Positions 28,529-39,236 of a DNA stretch of 64,000 nucleotides are shown here, one piece after another; position 1 is the first letter of the stretch, and every line of letters begins with the position of its first letter. Source of the stretch: an uncultured Gemmatimonadaceae bacterium (lineage in GTDB: Bacteria > Gemmatimonadota > Gemmatimonadetes > Gemmatimonadales > Gemmatimonadaceae); the NCBI GenBank assembly GCA_963829055.1, contig CAWHHI010000020.1, positions 768,001 to 832,000 of the forward strand. The letters are read 5' to 3'. The notes beneath the pieces were generated by a model, which saw only the letters and a program-made list of their open reading frames with translations, did no database searches and was not told the DNA's origin. Both the position numbers and the translations under genes were made by a program.

Positions 28529-31029
28529 TCAGTCCGAGCGGAGCGCGACCATGGGATGCACGCGCATGGCCCTCGCAGCTGGAACGATCGCCGCTGCCAG
28601 CACGGCCACGCCGAGCACCACCGCGCACACCACGTACGTCGCCGGGTCGCGCCGCCGTCACGCCGTAGAGCAGGCTGCCTAACGCCCGTCCGGCGATCAG
28701 CGCGCCCACCGCGCCGATCAGTCCACCAACCGCCGCCAGGCTCATCGCCTGGCCCAGAATCATGGCCATCACGCCGCCCTGCTCCGCACCTAACGCCATG
28801 CGGATGCCGAGCTCGCGTCGGCGCTGCGCCACGGCGAGCGACAGCACGCCGTAGATCCCGATCGCGGCCAGCAGCAACGCCGTCACCGCAAACGCGCCGA
28901 GCACCTGCGTGGCGAATCGGTCCCGCGCCGTCGCGTCATGCATGCGCTGCCGCAACGTCGCGACCTCCGACACGGTATGGTTCCGGTCGACGGCCTTGAT
29001 CTCGTTCCGCACCACCGTCGCCGAGCGACGCCGGGTCGCCCGCGGTGCGCACGAACAACATCGCGCGACTGCGCGTCTGCTGCGCGACCGGGAAGAAGAT
29101 CGCCGGCTTCGGCTCCGCGGCGATGTCCTCGTACCGCGCGTCCCCGACGACGCCAACGACATTGAGCGTACGATCATCACGAGGGACCGGCGTCGTCAGC
29201 GGATCGTCGCTGCCCCAGATGGTCCGCGCCGCCGTGGAGTTGATGATCATCACCGGCTGCCCGTCGTGGGCGTCGGCGGCCGACAAGTCTCGACCGCGCA
29301 CGATCGGGATGCCGAGCGTGGCGAAGTAGCCCGGGGACACGACGTGAAACGAGACGTGCGCGTCCTCGGAATGGCCCGCCACGCGCAGCGACGTCCCCTC
29401 GCAGTGATCGCCCACCGGCGCGCAGCTTCCGACGGCGACACTCGTCACGCCCGGGATCGCCGACACACGCTGGATCACCTCGTCCCACAGCGGACCCACC
29501 GGCTGGTTCGCGACGCGCGCCGAAGCCAGCCCTACTCGCACGGTGAGCACGCCGTCCGGCCGGTAGCCGACCTGCGCCTCGAACAGTCGGCCAAGGCTCC
29601 GCACCATCAGCCCCGACATTACCAGCAACACGACGGCCAACGCGATCTCGGCCATCACGAGCACGCCTCTGCTCGTTAGGTGCCGGAGGCCGGAGAACGT
29701 CGGCGTCGCGACGGCGCCCTGACGCATCGCGTCGGCCACTGGCAGGCGAGAGGCCGCGAGCGCGGGCAGCAGGCCGGCCACGAGCCCAGTGAACGCGGCA
29801 ACGCCCGCCGCAACAAGAAGAGCGCGACCATCCAGCGCAATGCCGCCGAGCGAGATGGCCGTGAGCGTGCCGCGGACGGAGGAGAGATTCGCGGCCGCGA
29901 GCGGCGCCATCGCGGACAGCGCACGCACGGCAAGCGCGGCGAGTGCGATTCCGGCGATCACCCCGGCGAGCGAGAGAATGGCACTTTCCGTCAACAGCTG
30001 CCTGACGAGTCGGCCGCGGCCGGCGCCGATCGCGAGGCGGACGGCGAGCTCGCGCCGACGCGCGGCCGCGCGCGCGAGCAGCAGGTTCGCGACGTTCACG
30101 CAGGCGATGAGCAGCAGCATCGACACCGCGACCGCGAGTACGACCACCGAGCGACCGAGCATGGGATCGACGCGCAGTTCCTGCAGCGTGTACGCCGCCG
30201 CGCGCCACGGCACGGTCGTCCCCTCATCAGGGTACGTCGCGTTCACGACTCGGCCGACGTTCACCATGTCGGACTTCGCGGCGGCGACCGTCACGCCGGG
30301 CGTTAGGCGTGCGACGACCTCGAACTGATGCGTGGTCGGGCTCTGCAGCGTCTGAAGAGACGCAGTAGCGGTGTAGAGCGGCCAGAGGCGCGCGTTCCCG
30401 CTCATACCAGCGAACCCGGGCGGGGCGATCCCGACGATCGCGTAGCGCTGGCCGTTCACGTCGAGCATGGCGCCGAGCGCGGATTCCGCGGCGCCGAATC
30501 GCTCGCGCCAGTATGCGTCGCTGATGACGATGGACCGGTCGCCGCCGGTCGGGCGATCTTCGCTGTCGAGGAAGAAGCGACCGCGTTGCGGCGTGATCCC
30601 GAGAATCGAGAAGTAGTGCGCCGTCACGGATTCGCCGAGCACGCGTTCGGCGCCGTCGTCACCGCCGACGGTATAGGCGTTGGCCATGTGAATGGCGGCG
30701 TCGCTGAACGTGCGACGCGCGGTGAGGAAGGTCTGGTACTTGGGGTACGACCACGACATGTCGATCTCGCCGGAGCCGTACTGCACGGGCATGCGCAGGA
30801 ACACCGCCATGAGCCGATCGGGCTCGCGGAACGGCAGCGGTCTGAGGAGGGTGGCGTTGACGACGCTGAAGATCGCGGTCGTGGCGCCGATCCCGATGGC
30901 GAGGATCAGAATGGCGATCGCGGCGAACCCGGGGTTCGAGCGCAGCATGCGCCGGGTGTAGCGGACGTCGTGACGCAGGTCCTCGAGCAACGCTGTTCGC
31001 ATGGAGCTCTCGCTGTCGATTGGCTCCAT
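28529..31029 (-). CDS. ADOP-type duplicated MacB/FtsX ABC permease, frameshifts near 29020 and 28650
   Basis: DLRHDVRYTRRMLRSNPGF, LLIACVNVANLLLARA, RRRELGIRMALGA. Confidence 0.85.
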
Positions 31030-31270
31030 TTCGACAGCGCGGCCGCATTACGGGTTTGAGCCACTCCGCGCCGGCATCGAAGCGAAGGGACGAACGGATG
31101 CCGCGGATCGAACGATTGGCAGGATCACAGAATCGTGCTCGAACGGCGGCGATCCAGCACGCAGTTCAATCCTTGTCAATCCTGCCAGATGCGTCTGCTG
31201 TTGTTTGTGCCTGGTATCCCGCAGGAGCGCGGGAACCCGCCGCAAGCGGCTCGTATCCGGAGCGACCTGT

Positions 31271-31360
31271 CTGTGCTGTCATCGTAGCGAGCCCGGCTAC
31301 AATGACTTCACAGGAGATCCGCTCGCCGCCGCTCGGGATGACACACGCGCTCGGGATGAC
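31271..31360. repeat. Partial family A element (inverted relative to the 21475 copy)
   Basis: GTCATCGTAGC...GCTACAATGACTTCAC and 2x CGCTCGGGATGAC. Confidence 0.7.
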
Positions 31361-31365
31361 ACCGC

Positions 31366-33801
31366 TCAGCCGTCCGTCCCACGCAGCGCCACCATGGGAT
31401 CGACACGCACCGCTCGGCGCGCCGGCACATACGCCGCTACGAGCGACACCAGCGCAATGCACACCACCACCACGCCATACACCAGCGGGTCCCGCGGGCT
31501 GGTCGTGTACAGCAGCCCGCTGATGAACCGCGTCGCGACCATCGCGGCCGGCACACCCATCGCGACTCCGAGCACGATCAGGCGCCCCGCGTCAGCGAGC
31601 GTGTTTGCCGCGATCCGCGCGCGCGACGCACCGAGCGCGCTGCGGATCCCGATCTCCCGCGTGCGCCGGCTGACGTCGAACGACAGCACGCCGTACACCC
31701 CGATCACCGCCAGCAGCAACCCCATCACCGCGAACGCGAGAATCTGCATCGCATTCGTGCGGATGCCGCCGAGCTGCTGCCTAACGTTGTCGCTCACGAG
31801 TGTGGTGAAGACCGGCCGGTCCGGGACCAGACGCGCGAGCAGCACGCCCATTGGTCGGAGCAGCGGTGCGGGACGCGCCGACGCCGCTGCGAAGAACGTC
31901 GGGAACGCCGACGGCGCCTGATCGTACGGACGGTAGAGCTCAGGTCCGTCGTCGTCGAGCAGCAGGTTCGGACGCGCCGCCTTGCTGTTGGCCACGACAC
32001 CCACGACCGTGAGCACGAGCGTGCCGCCGCCCGTATCGACACGCACGACGCGCCCGACGGCCGCGCCGTCCGACCACCAGCGACGCGCCGCCCACTCGTT
32101 GACCATCGCCACGGGGACGGTCTCGTTGCGATCGCGCTCCGTGAACGCGCGACCACTCACCACCGGCACGCCTACCGTCGTGAAGTACGCGGGACTCACG
32201 GACAACGCCGCCGGCGGCACGAGCGCGGCCGGTAACGGCTCCGCACTCCCATCGAGCGTCAGCATCGCGCGCCCGTCACGCTTCGGCAGCGGCACGTTCG
32301 CGCGAATCGCGGCCGACGCCACGCCGGGCAATTGACCCAACTCGAGCAGAATGCGTTCGGTGACGGGCAGATACTTCTCCGGAACGCGCCACGAATGCGG
32401 AAAGCTCGGTGCACCTGTGACGAGGCGGCCCGACTGAAACCCCAGGTTCACCTGCGCGAAGTGCAGAACGGTCCGCGCCATCAGTCCCGCACCGCTGAGC
32501 AGCACCGTCGCGCAGGCGACCTGGCCGACGACGAAGAATCGCTGGGCTCGTCGCGCACGGTCGCCGCTGCCACCCGATGACGCGACGCGCAGGAGATGAT
32601 GCACGTCTCTCCCGACGATGAGTCGCGCCGGGATGATGCTCACGACCGCTGCCGCGACGACCGCGAGCAGTGTCGCGAAGCCGAGGACGCGCGCGTCGAT
32701 GCGGTAATCCATGCCGTCCGGCCGGAGCGACGAGAGCGCCGGCAGCGCGCTGAGCACGCCCAGTGCGGACCACGCGAGCGCGACGCCCAGGATGGCCGCC
32801 GCCGCGACAATGATCGCGTTCTGGGTGAGCAGCACGCGCGTCAGGCGTCCGGCCCCGGCGCCTAACGCCGCGCGGATGGCGAACTCGCGCTGCCGGTTGA
32901 GCGTCCGCGCCAGCACCAGGTTCGCGAGATTGGCGCAGGCGATGAGCAGGAGACAGCCGACGATCGCCCCGAAGATGAGGTCGTGCGATTGCGTGGATGA
33001 TGCGTACCGTTCCCGCAGCGGGTCGGCGACGAGCTTCGTTTTCTGCCCACGTGACGGCCCTGGTACGACCGCCGGCTCCACCGTCGCGAGCTCTGCGCGC
33101 ACGTCCGCGATCGTGCGGCCCGGCGCGAGCCGCGCGAACACCGAGACCGTGCGGATCGATGGACGAGTGCTCGGGTCGAGCGTCGGCACGGCGGAGAGCC
33201 AGAACTGCGATCCGCTCTCGAACCGGAAACCCGGCGGCATGATACCGACGACCGTGTAATGCGAATCGCTGAGCTTGACGTCCGTGCCGATGACGCCCGG
33301 ATCGCTGCCGAACTGCGACGTCCAGAGCTCGTGACTCAGCACCGTCGTGAGTGGAACGCCCAGCCGATCATCCTCGACGCTGAGCCCGCGTCCGATCAGC
33401 GGACGGACGCCGAGGAGCGGGAAGACGTTAGGCGACACGACGCCGCCGGTGACGAGGACCGCCTCGCCGTTGCGCATGAGCGACTTCGCGCCGCTCGTGT
33501 AGGCAGCTACGGCGTCGATGGAGCGGAACCGGCGCGTCGCGAGCACCTGCGCGTACGTCTCGTACGAGACGTTGCACGCCCCCCGGCACGGCGGTGCGGC
33601 CTCCGCGCCAGGGCCGGTGGGCGTCTCACCGAGAACGACGAGGCGATCCGCGTCGCGGAACGGGAGTGCGCGGAGTCGAACGGCGTCGATGACGCTGAAC
33701 GCGGCGACGCTCGCGCCAATGGCGATGGCGAGCGAGCCGACCGCGGTCGTGAGAAAACCGGGGCTCCGGAGGAGCGATCTGAGCGCGATGCGGAATGACA
33801 C
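31366..33801 (-). CDS. ADOP-type ABC permease
   Basis: FRIALRSLLRSPGF, LLIACANLANL, RTREIGIRSALGA, RVDPMVALR. Confidence 0.9.
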   Translation of the reverse strand: MSFRIALRSLLRSPGFLTTAVGSLAIAIGASVAAFSVIDAVRLRALPFRDADRLVVLGETPTGPGAEAAPPCRGACNVSYETYAQVLATRRFRSIDAVAAYTSGAKSLMRNGEAVLVTGGVVSPNVFPLLGVRPLIGRGLSVEDDRLGVPLTTVLSHELWTSQFGSDPGVIGTDVKLSDSHYTVVGIMPPGFRFESGSQFWLSAVPTLDPSTRPSIRTVSVFARLAPGRTIADVRAELATVEPAVVPGPSRGQKTKLVADPLRERYASSTQSHDLIFGAIVGCLLLIACANLANLVLARTLNRQREFAIRAALGAGAGRLTRVLLTQNAIIVAAAAILGVALAWSALGVLSALPALSSLRPDGMDYRIDARVLGFATLLAVVAAAVVSIIPARLIVGRDVHHLLRVASSGGSGDRARRAQRFFVVGQVACATVLLSGAGLMARTVLHFAQVNLGFQSGRLVTGAPSFPHSWRVPEKYLPVTERILLELGQLPGVASAAIRANVPLPKRDGRAMLTLDGSAEPLPAALVPPAALSVSPAYFTTVGVPVVSGRAFTERDRNETVPVAMVNEWAARRWWSDGAAVGRVVRVDTGGGTLVLTVVGVVANSKAARPNLLLDDDGPELYRPYDQAPSAFPTFFAAASARPAPLLRPMGVLLARLVPDRPVFTTLVSDNVRQQLGGIRTNAMQILAFAVMGLLLAVIGVYGVLSFDVSRRTREIGIRSALGASRARIAANTLADAGRLIVLGVAMGVPAAMVATRFISGLLYTTSPRDPLVYGVVVVCIALVSLVAAYVPARRAVRVDPMVALRGTDG

Positions 33802-33868
33802 GGGTTCTTCCTTCTACGTTCCCTGATGCCAGATTTTGCGACCGACCACCACTCTATGAGGGCACGAC

Positions 33869-34510
33869 ATGGCTTCGTCCGGAAGGGGCAAGCGGACCGC
33901 CGGGAAGACGGCGACCGGTACGACGAAACAAGCGGCGGCGAAGAAGACACCGGCGAAGCCGGCAGCCACCAAGCGGCCGGCGGTGAAGAAGGCCGCGAAG
34001 ACCGAAGGCGGCGCCTGGGCAGCCGTGTTCGCACCCCGTGCGCCCGGCGAGCGCAGGTACTGGCTCGTCAAGTCGGAGCCGAGCGTGTTCTCGTTCGACG
34101 ACCTGCTGGCGGCGAAGAACCGCACCACGCAGTGGGATGGCGTGCGAAACTTCGCCGCCCGCAACTTCATGCGCGACGGCATGAAGCTCGGCGACCAGGT
34201 CTTCTACTACCACTCGAGCGTGGACCCGCAGGTGATCGTCGGCGTGTGCGAGGTCGCGCGCGAGGCGTACCCCGACACCACCGCGTTCGACTCGAAGCAT
34301 CACGGCTACGACGAAGGCTCGGACCCTAACGAGCCGACGTGGGTCATGGTGGATCTGCGCGCCGTGGAGCCACTCGCGCGACCGGTGACGCTGTCCGAGA
34401 TCAAGGCGAAGCCCGAGCTCGCGGGGATGGCGCTCCTTCGCATCGGCCGGCTGTCGGTCACGCCCGTGACCGCGGACGAATGGAAGGTCATTCGCGCGAT
34501 GGGCGGGTAG
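33869..34510 (+). CDS. EVE domain protein with Lys/Ala-rich N-terminal tail
   Basis: YWLVKSEP, WDGVRNFAARNFMR, FYYHS, RLSVTPV. Confidence 0.9.
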   Translation: MASSGRGKRTAGKTATGTTKQAAAKKTPAKPAATKRPAVKKAAKTEGGAWAAVFAPRAPGERRYWLVKSEPSVFSFDDLLAAKNRTTQWDGVRNFAARNFMRDGMKLGDQVFYYHSSVDPQVIVGVCEVAREAYPDTTAFDSKHHGYDEGSDPNEPTWVMVDLRAVEPLARPVTLSEIKAKPELAGMALLRIGRLSVTPVTADEWKVIRAMGG

Positions 34511-34540
34511 CGGCGGCACCTTGTGACCTGCGCGCGGTAG

Positions 34541-35098
34541 TCAGCTCGCCACGGCTCGCTCCCAAAACTCGACAAGCTGCCGTTGCTCGAGCAGCCCGCG
34601 AAGGGCCTCATCATTGATCGTCGCGCGGCTGACGCGAACGATTCCAGCGATGTCACGAAGATGGCGATCGGAACCCGATTCCCGGTAATACTCGAGCTTC
34701 CGGACAATCACGTACTCCACTGGGGCAAACCAGACCGTGCTCCCAGCGATGTTTTCTGAGCGGCGTCGGTCGAATGCCCATGCGTGCAGCACGTCGGATG
34801 CGACGTAGAAATCGGCGCGCAGCGCCGTGTCGCGGTGAATGATGTTGAAATGGCCGAACTGAGGTCGCTGCCTTTCCTCGTCGATCACCTCGCGGGGCGG
34901 CACATAGTAGGACTCCTCCGGAAAGGCTCGTTCGAGGAGTACCGCGGCCTTCAGATCGAGGCGCACGACGAGATCAACATCATTCGTCATCCGGGGCTCG
35001 CCATACGCAATGGCTGCCACGGACCCCGTGATCATGTACTCGATGCCCGTCGAGTGTAGCGGCTGCAGGAGCAGCCGATATAGATCAGGTGCCGCCAT
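34541..35098 (-). CDS. Nucleotidyltransferase-fold protein (putative TA component)
   Basis: YMITGSVAAIAYGEPRMTNDVDLVV (GS...DxD); KLEYY...SDRHLRDI. Confidence 0.75.
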   Translation of the reverse strand: MAAPDLYRLLLQPLHSTGIEYMITGSVAAIAYGEPRMTNDVDLVVRLDLKAAVLLERAFPEESYYVPPREVIDEERQRPQFGHFNIIHRDTALRADFYVASDVLHAWAFDRRRSENIAGSTVWFAPVEYVIVRKLEYYRESGSDRHLRDIAGIVRVSRATINDEALRGLLEQRQLVEFWERAVAS

Positions 35099-35282
35099 GC
35101 GTGAACGCCGCTCTCACCCGTTCAAGGACCTCGTCGTGAGACAACGTCGGGAACTGGCGGCTGATGGTGGCGCGCTTGACGTCCCAGGCGAACGCGCGGA
35201 GCGATTCCGCGACGCGGATTTTCTGCTCGACGCTCATGGCGCGAATCGCCTCGGTCTGCACTACCAACGCGTCTGGACGCAT
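35085..35282 (-). CDS. Small partner protein overlapping the nucleotidyltransferase gene
   Basis: 65 aa, RAMSVEQK...RQFPTLSHDEV; overlapping two-gene layout. Confidence 0.6.
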   Translation of the reverse strand: MRPDALVVQTEAIRAMSVEQKIRVAESLRAFAWDVKRATISRQFPTLSHDEVLERVRAAFTHGGT

Positions 35283-35429
35283 GCTGAAAGGTGCCGCAGC
35301 GCGTTCGCGCAGACAAGCGCGTCATCCACACGCACGCAGCGGTCCCTTCGGCCACAAGGCTCGATCAGGGTGGTATGATCGCATCCTGGCCCGCGTGATT
35401 CACCGCCCTCTCCCGAGCCGCGCTCACGA

Positions 35430-38400
35430 ATGAAGCTGTCTGCCGCCCACCGTACGATATCCCGCGTCGTCGCCACGATTGCCGCGAGCGCGACGATCGC
35501 AACCGCACACGCTACTGCGCATGCGCAACGTCCGCGCGACCGGCGCGCGGATAGCGTCGCGACAACGGCCACACCGCACCTCACGTGGCCCGACAGCACG
35601 AGCTGGCGCCACTTGGGCCCCGCCGCGTTCGGCGGACGCATCGACGACATCGAAGCGGTCGCGGACGACCCGCGCATCATCTTCGTGGCCGCGGCGTCCG
35701 GCGGCGTGTTCCGCAGCGTGAACAACGGCGTGACGTGGGAGCCCGTGCTGGACCGCTACGCGAACACGCTCTCCGTCGGCGACATCGCGATTGCGCCGAG
35801 CGACCGGAATGTCGTGTGGGCCGGGATGGGTGAACCGAACAGCCGGCAGAGCTCCACCTGGGGCGACGGGGTGTATCGCTCGCTCGACGGCGGCACGACG
35901 TGGCAGCACATGGGGCTGCGCGAGACGCAGACCATCGGGCGCATCGTGATCGACCCGCGCGACCCGAACACGGTGTTCGTCGCCGCACTCGGGCACCTCT
36001 GGGGACCTAACGAGCAGCGCGGCCTGTACCGCACGAAGGACGGCGGCAAGACGTGGCAGAAGGTACTCGGCGTCGACGACCACACGGGCGCCGTGGACGT
36101 CGCCATCGATCGCGACGGCCGAACGCTGTTTGCGGCGACCTATCAACGCCGTCGCCGCGCATTCGGCTTCGCGGGCAGCGGTCCGGGCAGTGGGCTCTGG
36201 CGCTCGCTCGACGGCGGTGACACGTGGGAACGCCTCGGCAGCGCGAACGGCATTCCGACAGGGGACCTCGGCCGCATAGGCATCGCGCTCGCACCGAGTG
36301 AGCCCGACGTCGCGTACGCAGTGATCGAGAGCAGGAACGGCGGCGTCTTTCGCTCGAGCGATCGCGGACGAAGCTGGACGCGTCAGAGCAACACGAACCA
36401 GCGCGCCAGCTACTACAGTCAGATCCGTGTCGACCCTAACGATGCCAATCGTGTCTGGCTGCTCGCGACGAACATCTTCTCGTCCGTCGACGGTGGGAAG
36501 ACGTTCGTCGTGGACTCCGCGTCCGAGCGACACGTGCATCCCGATCACCACGCCCTGTGGATCGACCCGCGCGACTCCCGGCACATGTTGTTAGGCAACG
36601 ATGGGGGATTCTACGCGACGTACGACCGCGCCCTGCACTGGCAGTTCATCGACAACCTGCCGATCTCGCAGTTCTACGACATCGCCGTCGACAAGCGTGA
36701 TCCGTACTGGATCTACGGCGGCGCACAGGACAACGGACAGTGGGGGTTCCCGAGCCGGACGTTCTCGCGTGGCGGGATGACGAATGCCGACGTGATGAAC
36801 ACGGGCTATGCGGACGGATTCCAGGTGGCGGTCGATCAACGCGATCCTCAGCTCGTCTACACGGAGTCGCAGAACGGACGGCTCTATCTCGTGGACACGC
36901 GCACGCGGGAAGAACGCTGGCTCACGCCCTACCCTGCCGACGCGAAGGAGCGCTATCGCTTCAACTGGAACACGCCGCTGCTCGCGGTACCTAACGATTC
37001 GAGTCTCGTCTACTACGGCGCCCATCGCCTGCTGCAGACGCGAGACCGCGGCAACACGTGGCAGGCGGCGAGCCCCGACCTCACTACGAATCCCACCGAC
37101 TGGCGCCGGACGCCGCTCGGCCCCGGATTCCCGAACCGCGAGTCGCAATCGCGCGACGACGGCATCACCAACTTCGGGACGATCACGACTATCGGCACGA
37201 CGCCCAAAGCGCCGGGCACGGTGTACATCGGCACGGACGACGGTCAGGTGCAGATGTCGACCGACGCCGGAGCGCGCTGGACGAATATCACGAGCCGGTT
37301 CCGCCTGCCGGCTCCGCGGTGGGTCGGGAAAGTTCTCCCGTCGAGGGTGGACGGGCGCGTGGCGTACGTGACGTTCGACGGGCACAACGACGACGATCTC
37401 GCGCCGTACGTCTTCCGCTCGGGCGACGGCGGCGCGACGTGGACGTCGATCGCGGGCGACCTGCCTAACGGCCTAGTCGTTCGAACGATCGAGGAGCATC
37501 CGCGCAACCCGAAGCTGCTCTTCGTTGGCACTGAATTCGGGCTGTACTGGACGTTCGATGGCGGCCGCCACTGGACGCGCGCGTCGGGCAACATGCCGCC
37601 CGTGCGCGTCGACCGCATCATCCTGAACGACGACACGAACGACCTCATCGTCGCGACGCACGGGCGCGGCATTATCGTGCTCGATGACGTGAGCGCGCTC
37701 GAGGCTGGCGGCTCGCCCATAGCGCGCGGGGATGTCCGGCTGCTGCCGCCACGTTCCGCCACGGCGGTTTACGAGTGGCGCGACCTGCCGTGGGCCGCCA
37801 ACAACGCGTTCGTCGCGCCGAATCCGCCGGTAGGCACGTACATCACGTATGTCGTCGGCGAACCCCTAACGCCAACGACCACAGCGTCCGACGCCGACAC
37901 AGCACGACGCGGCGCGCCGGCTGTCGCGAAGATCCAGATCGTCGGACCGGACGGCCGAGTGGTGCGGGAGCTGGCTGGTCCAGGGACGGAGGGAGCACAT
38001 CGCGTGCTCTGGGACCTGCGGTCGGCAATGCCGTTCCTGCCAGCCGTGTCGGACTCTGGCTACTACGGCACGTACCGGGGACCGTTCGTGCTCCCCGGTC
38101 GCTACACGGCCAAGCTCACGCTCGGCGGAAAGGACCAATCGCAGCAGTTCGACGTCCGTCCCGACACCCGTGCGAATGCAACGACGACGGCGCTCGCCGC
38201 CCGCCACGCAATGTCCGCGCGCATCGCAGAGCTGAGCGGAACGTACGCGGCTGCGGCGAAGGCGTTCGCCGCGGTGGAGGGCGAGATGGGCCGGCTCAGC
38301 GCTGCCGTCAAGGCGACGCCTAACGCGGCTGGCAGCACGGATAGCGTCGTGGCGGACGCGGTCAGGAAGGTGGCCGAGCTCAAGCCGCGGTTCTCGCCGA

Positions 38401-38621
38401 CCTACGGGACGCCAATCGGGCGCGCGTTCGACCTGCTCGGCGCGCTGCAGTCGTCATCGGGCGCACCGACGGAAGCGGAGGGTCGAATTCTCGATTCGGC
38501 GACGGGCGAGTTGCGAGAGGCGATCACGAAGCTGAACGACATGATTTCAACGACGCTGCCTGCTGTCAGAGCTCGGGTCGGTGCGGCCGGTGCCGCGGTG
38601 GCTCCGGTGAAGCTGCCGTAG
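35430..38621 (+). CDS. Secreted VPS10/sortilin-like BNR-repeat (glycosyl hydrolase-like) protein
   Basis: WRHLGPAAFGGRI, many S-x-D-G-G-x-T-W Asp-boxes, HPDHHALWIDP, ATHGRG. Confidence 0.88.
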   Translation: MKLSAAHRTISRVVATIAASATIATAHATAHAQRPRDRRADSVATTATPHLTWPDSTSWRHLGPAAFGGRIDDIEAVADDPRIIFVAAASGGVFRSVNNGVTWEPVLDRYANTLSVGDIAIAPSDRNVVWAGMGEPNSRQSSTWGDGVYRSLDGGTTWQHMGLRETQTIGRIVIDPRDPNTVFVAALGHLWGPNEQRGLYRTKDGGKTWQKVLGVDDHTGAVDVAIDRDGRTLFAATYQRRRRAFGFAGSGPGSGLWRSLDGGDTWERLGSANGIPTGDLGRIGIALAPSEPDVAYAVIESRNGGVFRSSDRGRSWTRQSNTNQRASYYSQIRVDPNDANRVWLLATNIFSSVDGGKTFVVDSASERHVHPDHHALWIDPRDSRHMLLGNDGGFYATYDRALHWQFIDNLPISQFYDIAVDKRDPYWIYGGAQDNGQWGFPSRTFSRGGMTNADVMNTGYADGFQVAVDQRDPQLVYTESQNGRLYLVDTRTREERWLTPYPADAKERYRFNWNTPLLAVPNDSSLVYYGAHRLLQTRDRGNTWQAASPDLTTNPTDWRRTPLGPGFPNRESQSRDDGITNFGTITTIGTTPKAPGTVYIGTDDGQVQMSTDAGARWTNITSRFRLPAPRWVGKVLPSRVDGRVAYVTFDGHNDDDLAPYVFRSGDGGATWTSIAGDLPNGLVVRTIEEHPRNPKLLFVGTEFGLYWTFDGGRHWTRASGNMPPVRVDRIILNDDTNDLIVATHGRGIIVLDDVSALEAGGSPIARGDVRLLPPRSATAVYEWRDLPWAANNAFVAPNPPVGTYITYVVGEPLTPTTTASDADTARRGAPAVAKIQIVGPDGRVVRELAGPGTEGAHRVLWDLRSAMPFLPAVSDSGYYGTYRGPFVLPGRYTAKLTLGGKDQSQQFDVRPDTRANATTTALAARHAMSARIAELSGTYAAAAKAFAAVEGEMGRLSAAVKATPNAAGSTDSVVADAVRKVAELKPRFSPTYGTPIGRAFDLLGALQSSSGAPTEAEGRILDSATGELREAITKLNDMISTTLPAVRARVGAAGAAVAPVKLP

Positions 38622-38667
38622 GACCCGATCCGTGCTGCACGTCGCAGCGTAACTGCGGAACAGCGAG

Positions 38668-39037
38668 ACAGGATTGCCAGGATTTGCAGGATTGACGGGA
38701 TAACTACTCTGCAGTCACGCTTGCTGTCGCCGCGAGCGGTGACGAGAGGAACGGCCGCTCGGGACGCTACTCCCGCTGAGGCCTGCTTCAGAAGACGTTA
38801 AGCCGATAACGAACGGCAACGGCAGGACAGGATGGCCAGGATGGACAGGATTGAACAGAGGCTCCGTGTCGCATTCAGGGCCCCTCCCGCAACGAGCCCG
38901 GAATGAGGGGAACCGCCGCTCGGGACGCCACTCTCCCTGAGATGTGTTCCTTCATTCGTTAGGCCCTGGCGCGACACGCTCCCGACGCCGAGGCGGTCAT
39001 CTTCTCAATCCTGCCAATCCTGGCAATCCTGTCCTGC
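38668..39037. repeat. Composite intergenic repeat (family C) with 9-bp CAGGATTGn triplets in direct and inverted orientation
   Basis: ACAGGATTGCCAGGATTTGCAGGATTG at 38668, similar at 38827, inverted at 39005-39037; two GGAACSGCCGCTCGGGACGC copies. Confidence 0.7.
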
Positions 39038-39072
39038 AGTTGCTATTGTGCGCCGGTGAAGATGCCGTGGCT

Positions 39073-39230
39073 TGTCATTCCGAGCGGGGCTGTCATTCCG
39101 AGCGAACGAAGTGAGTCGAGGAATCGCGATTATCCAGGTAGAGGGCCCTCTACGCCGCAGGCCAAGGATTCCTCATGCGCCCACCTGCGGTGGGCACCCG
39201 CGCCGCTGCGCGGCTCCGCTCGGAATGACA
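39073..39230. repeat. REP-like palindromic element (family A)
   Basis: 2x TGTCATTCCGAGCG, GTCGAGGAATC, GTAGAGGGCCCTCTAC, CGCTCGGAATGACA. Confidence 0.85.
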
Positions 39231-39236
39231 GCTGAC

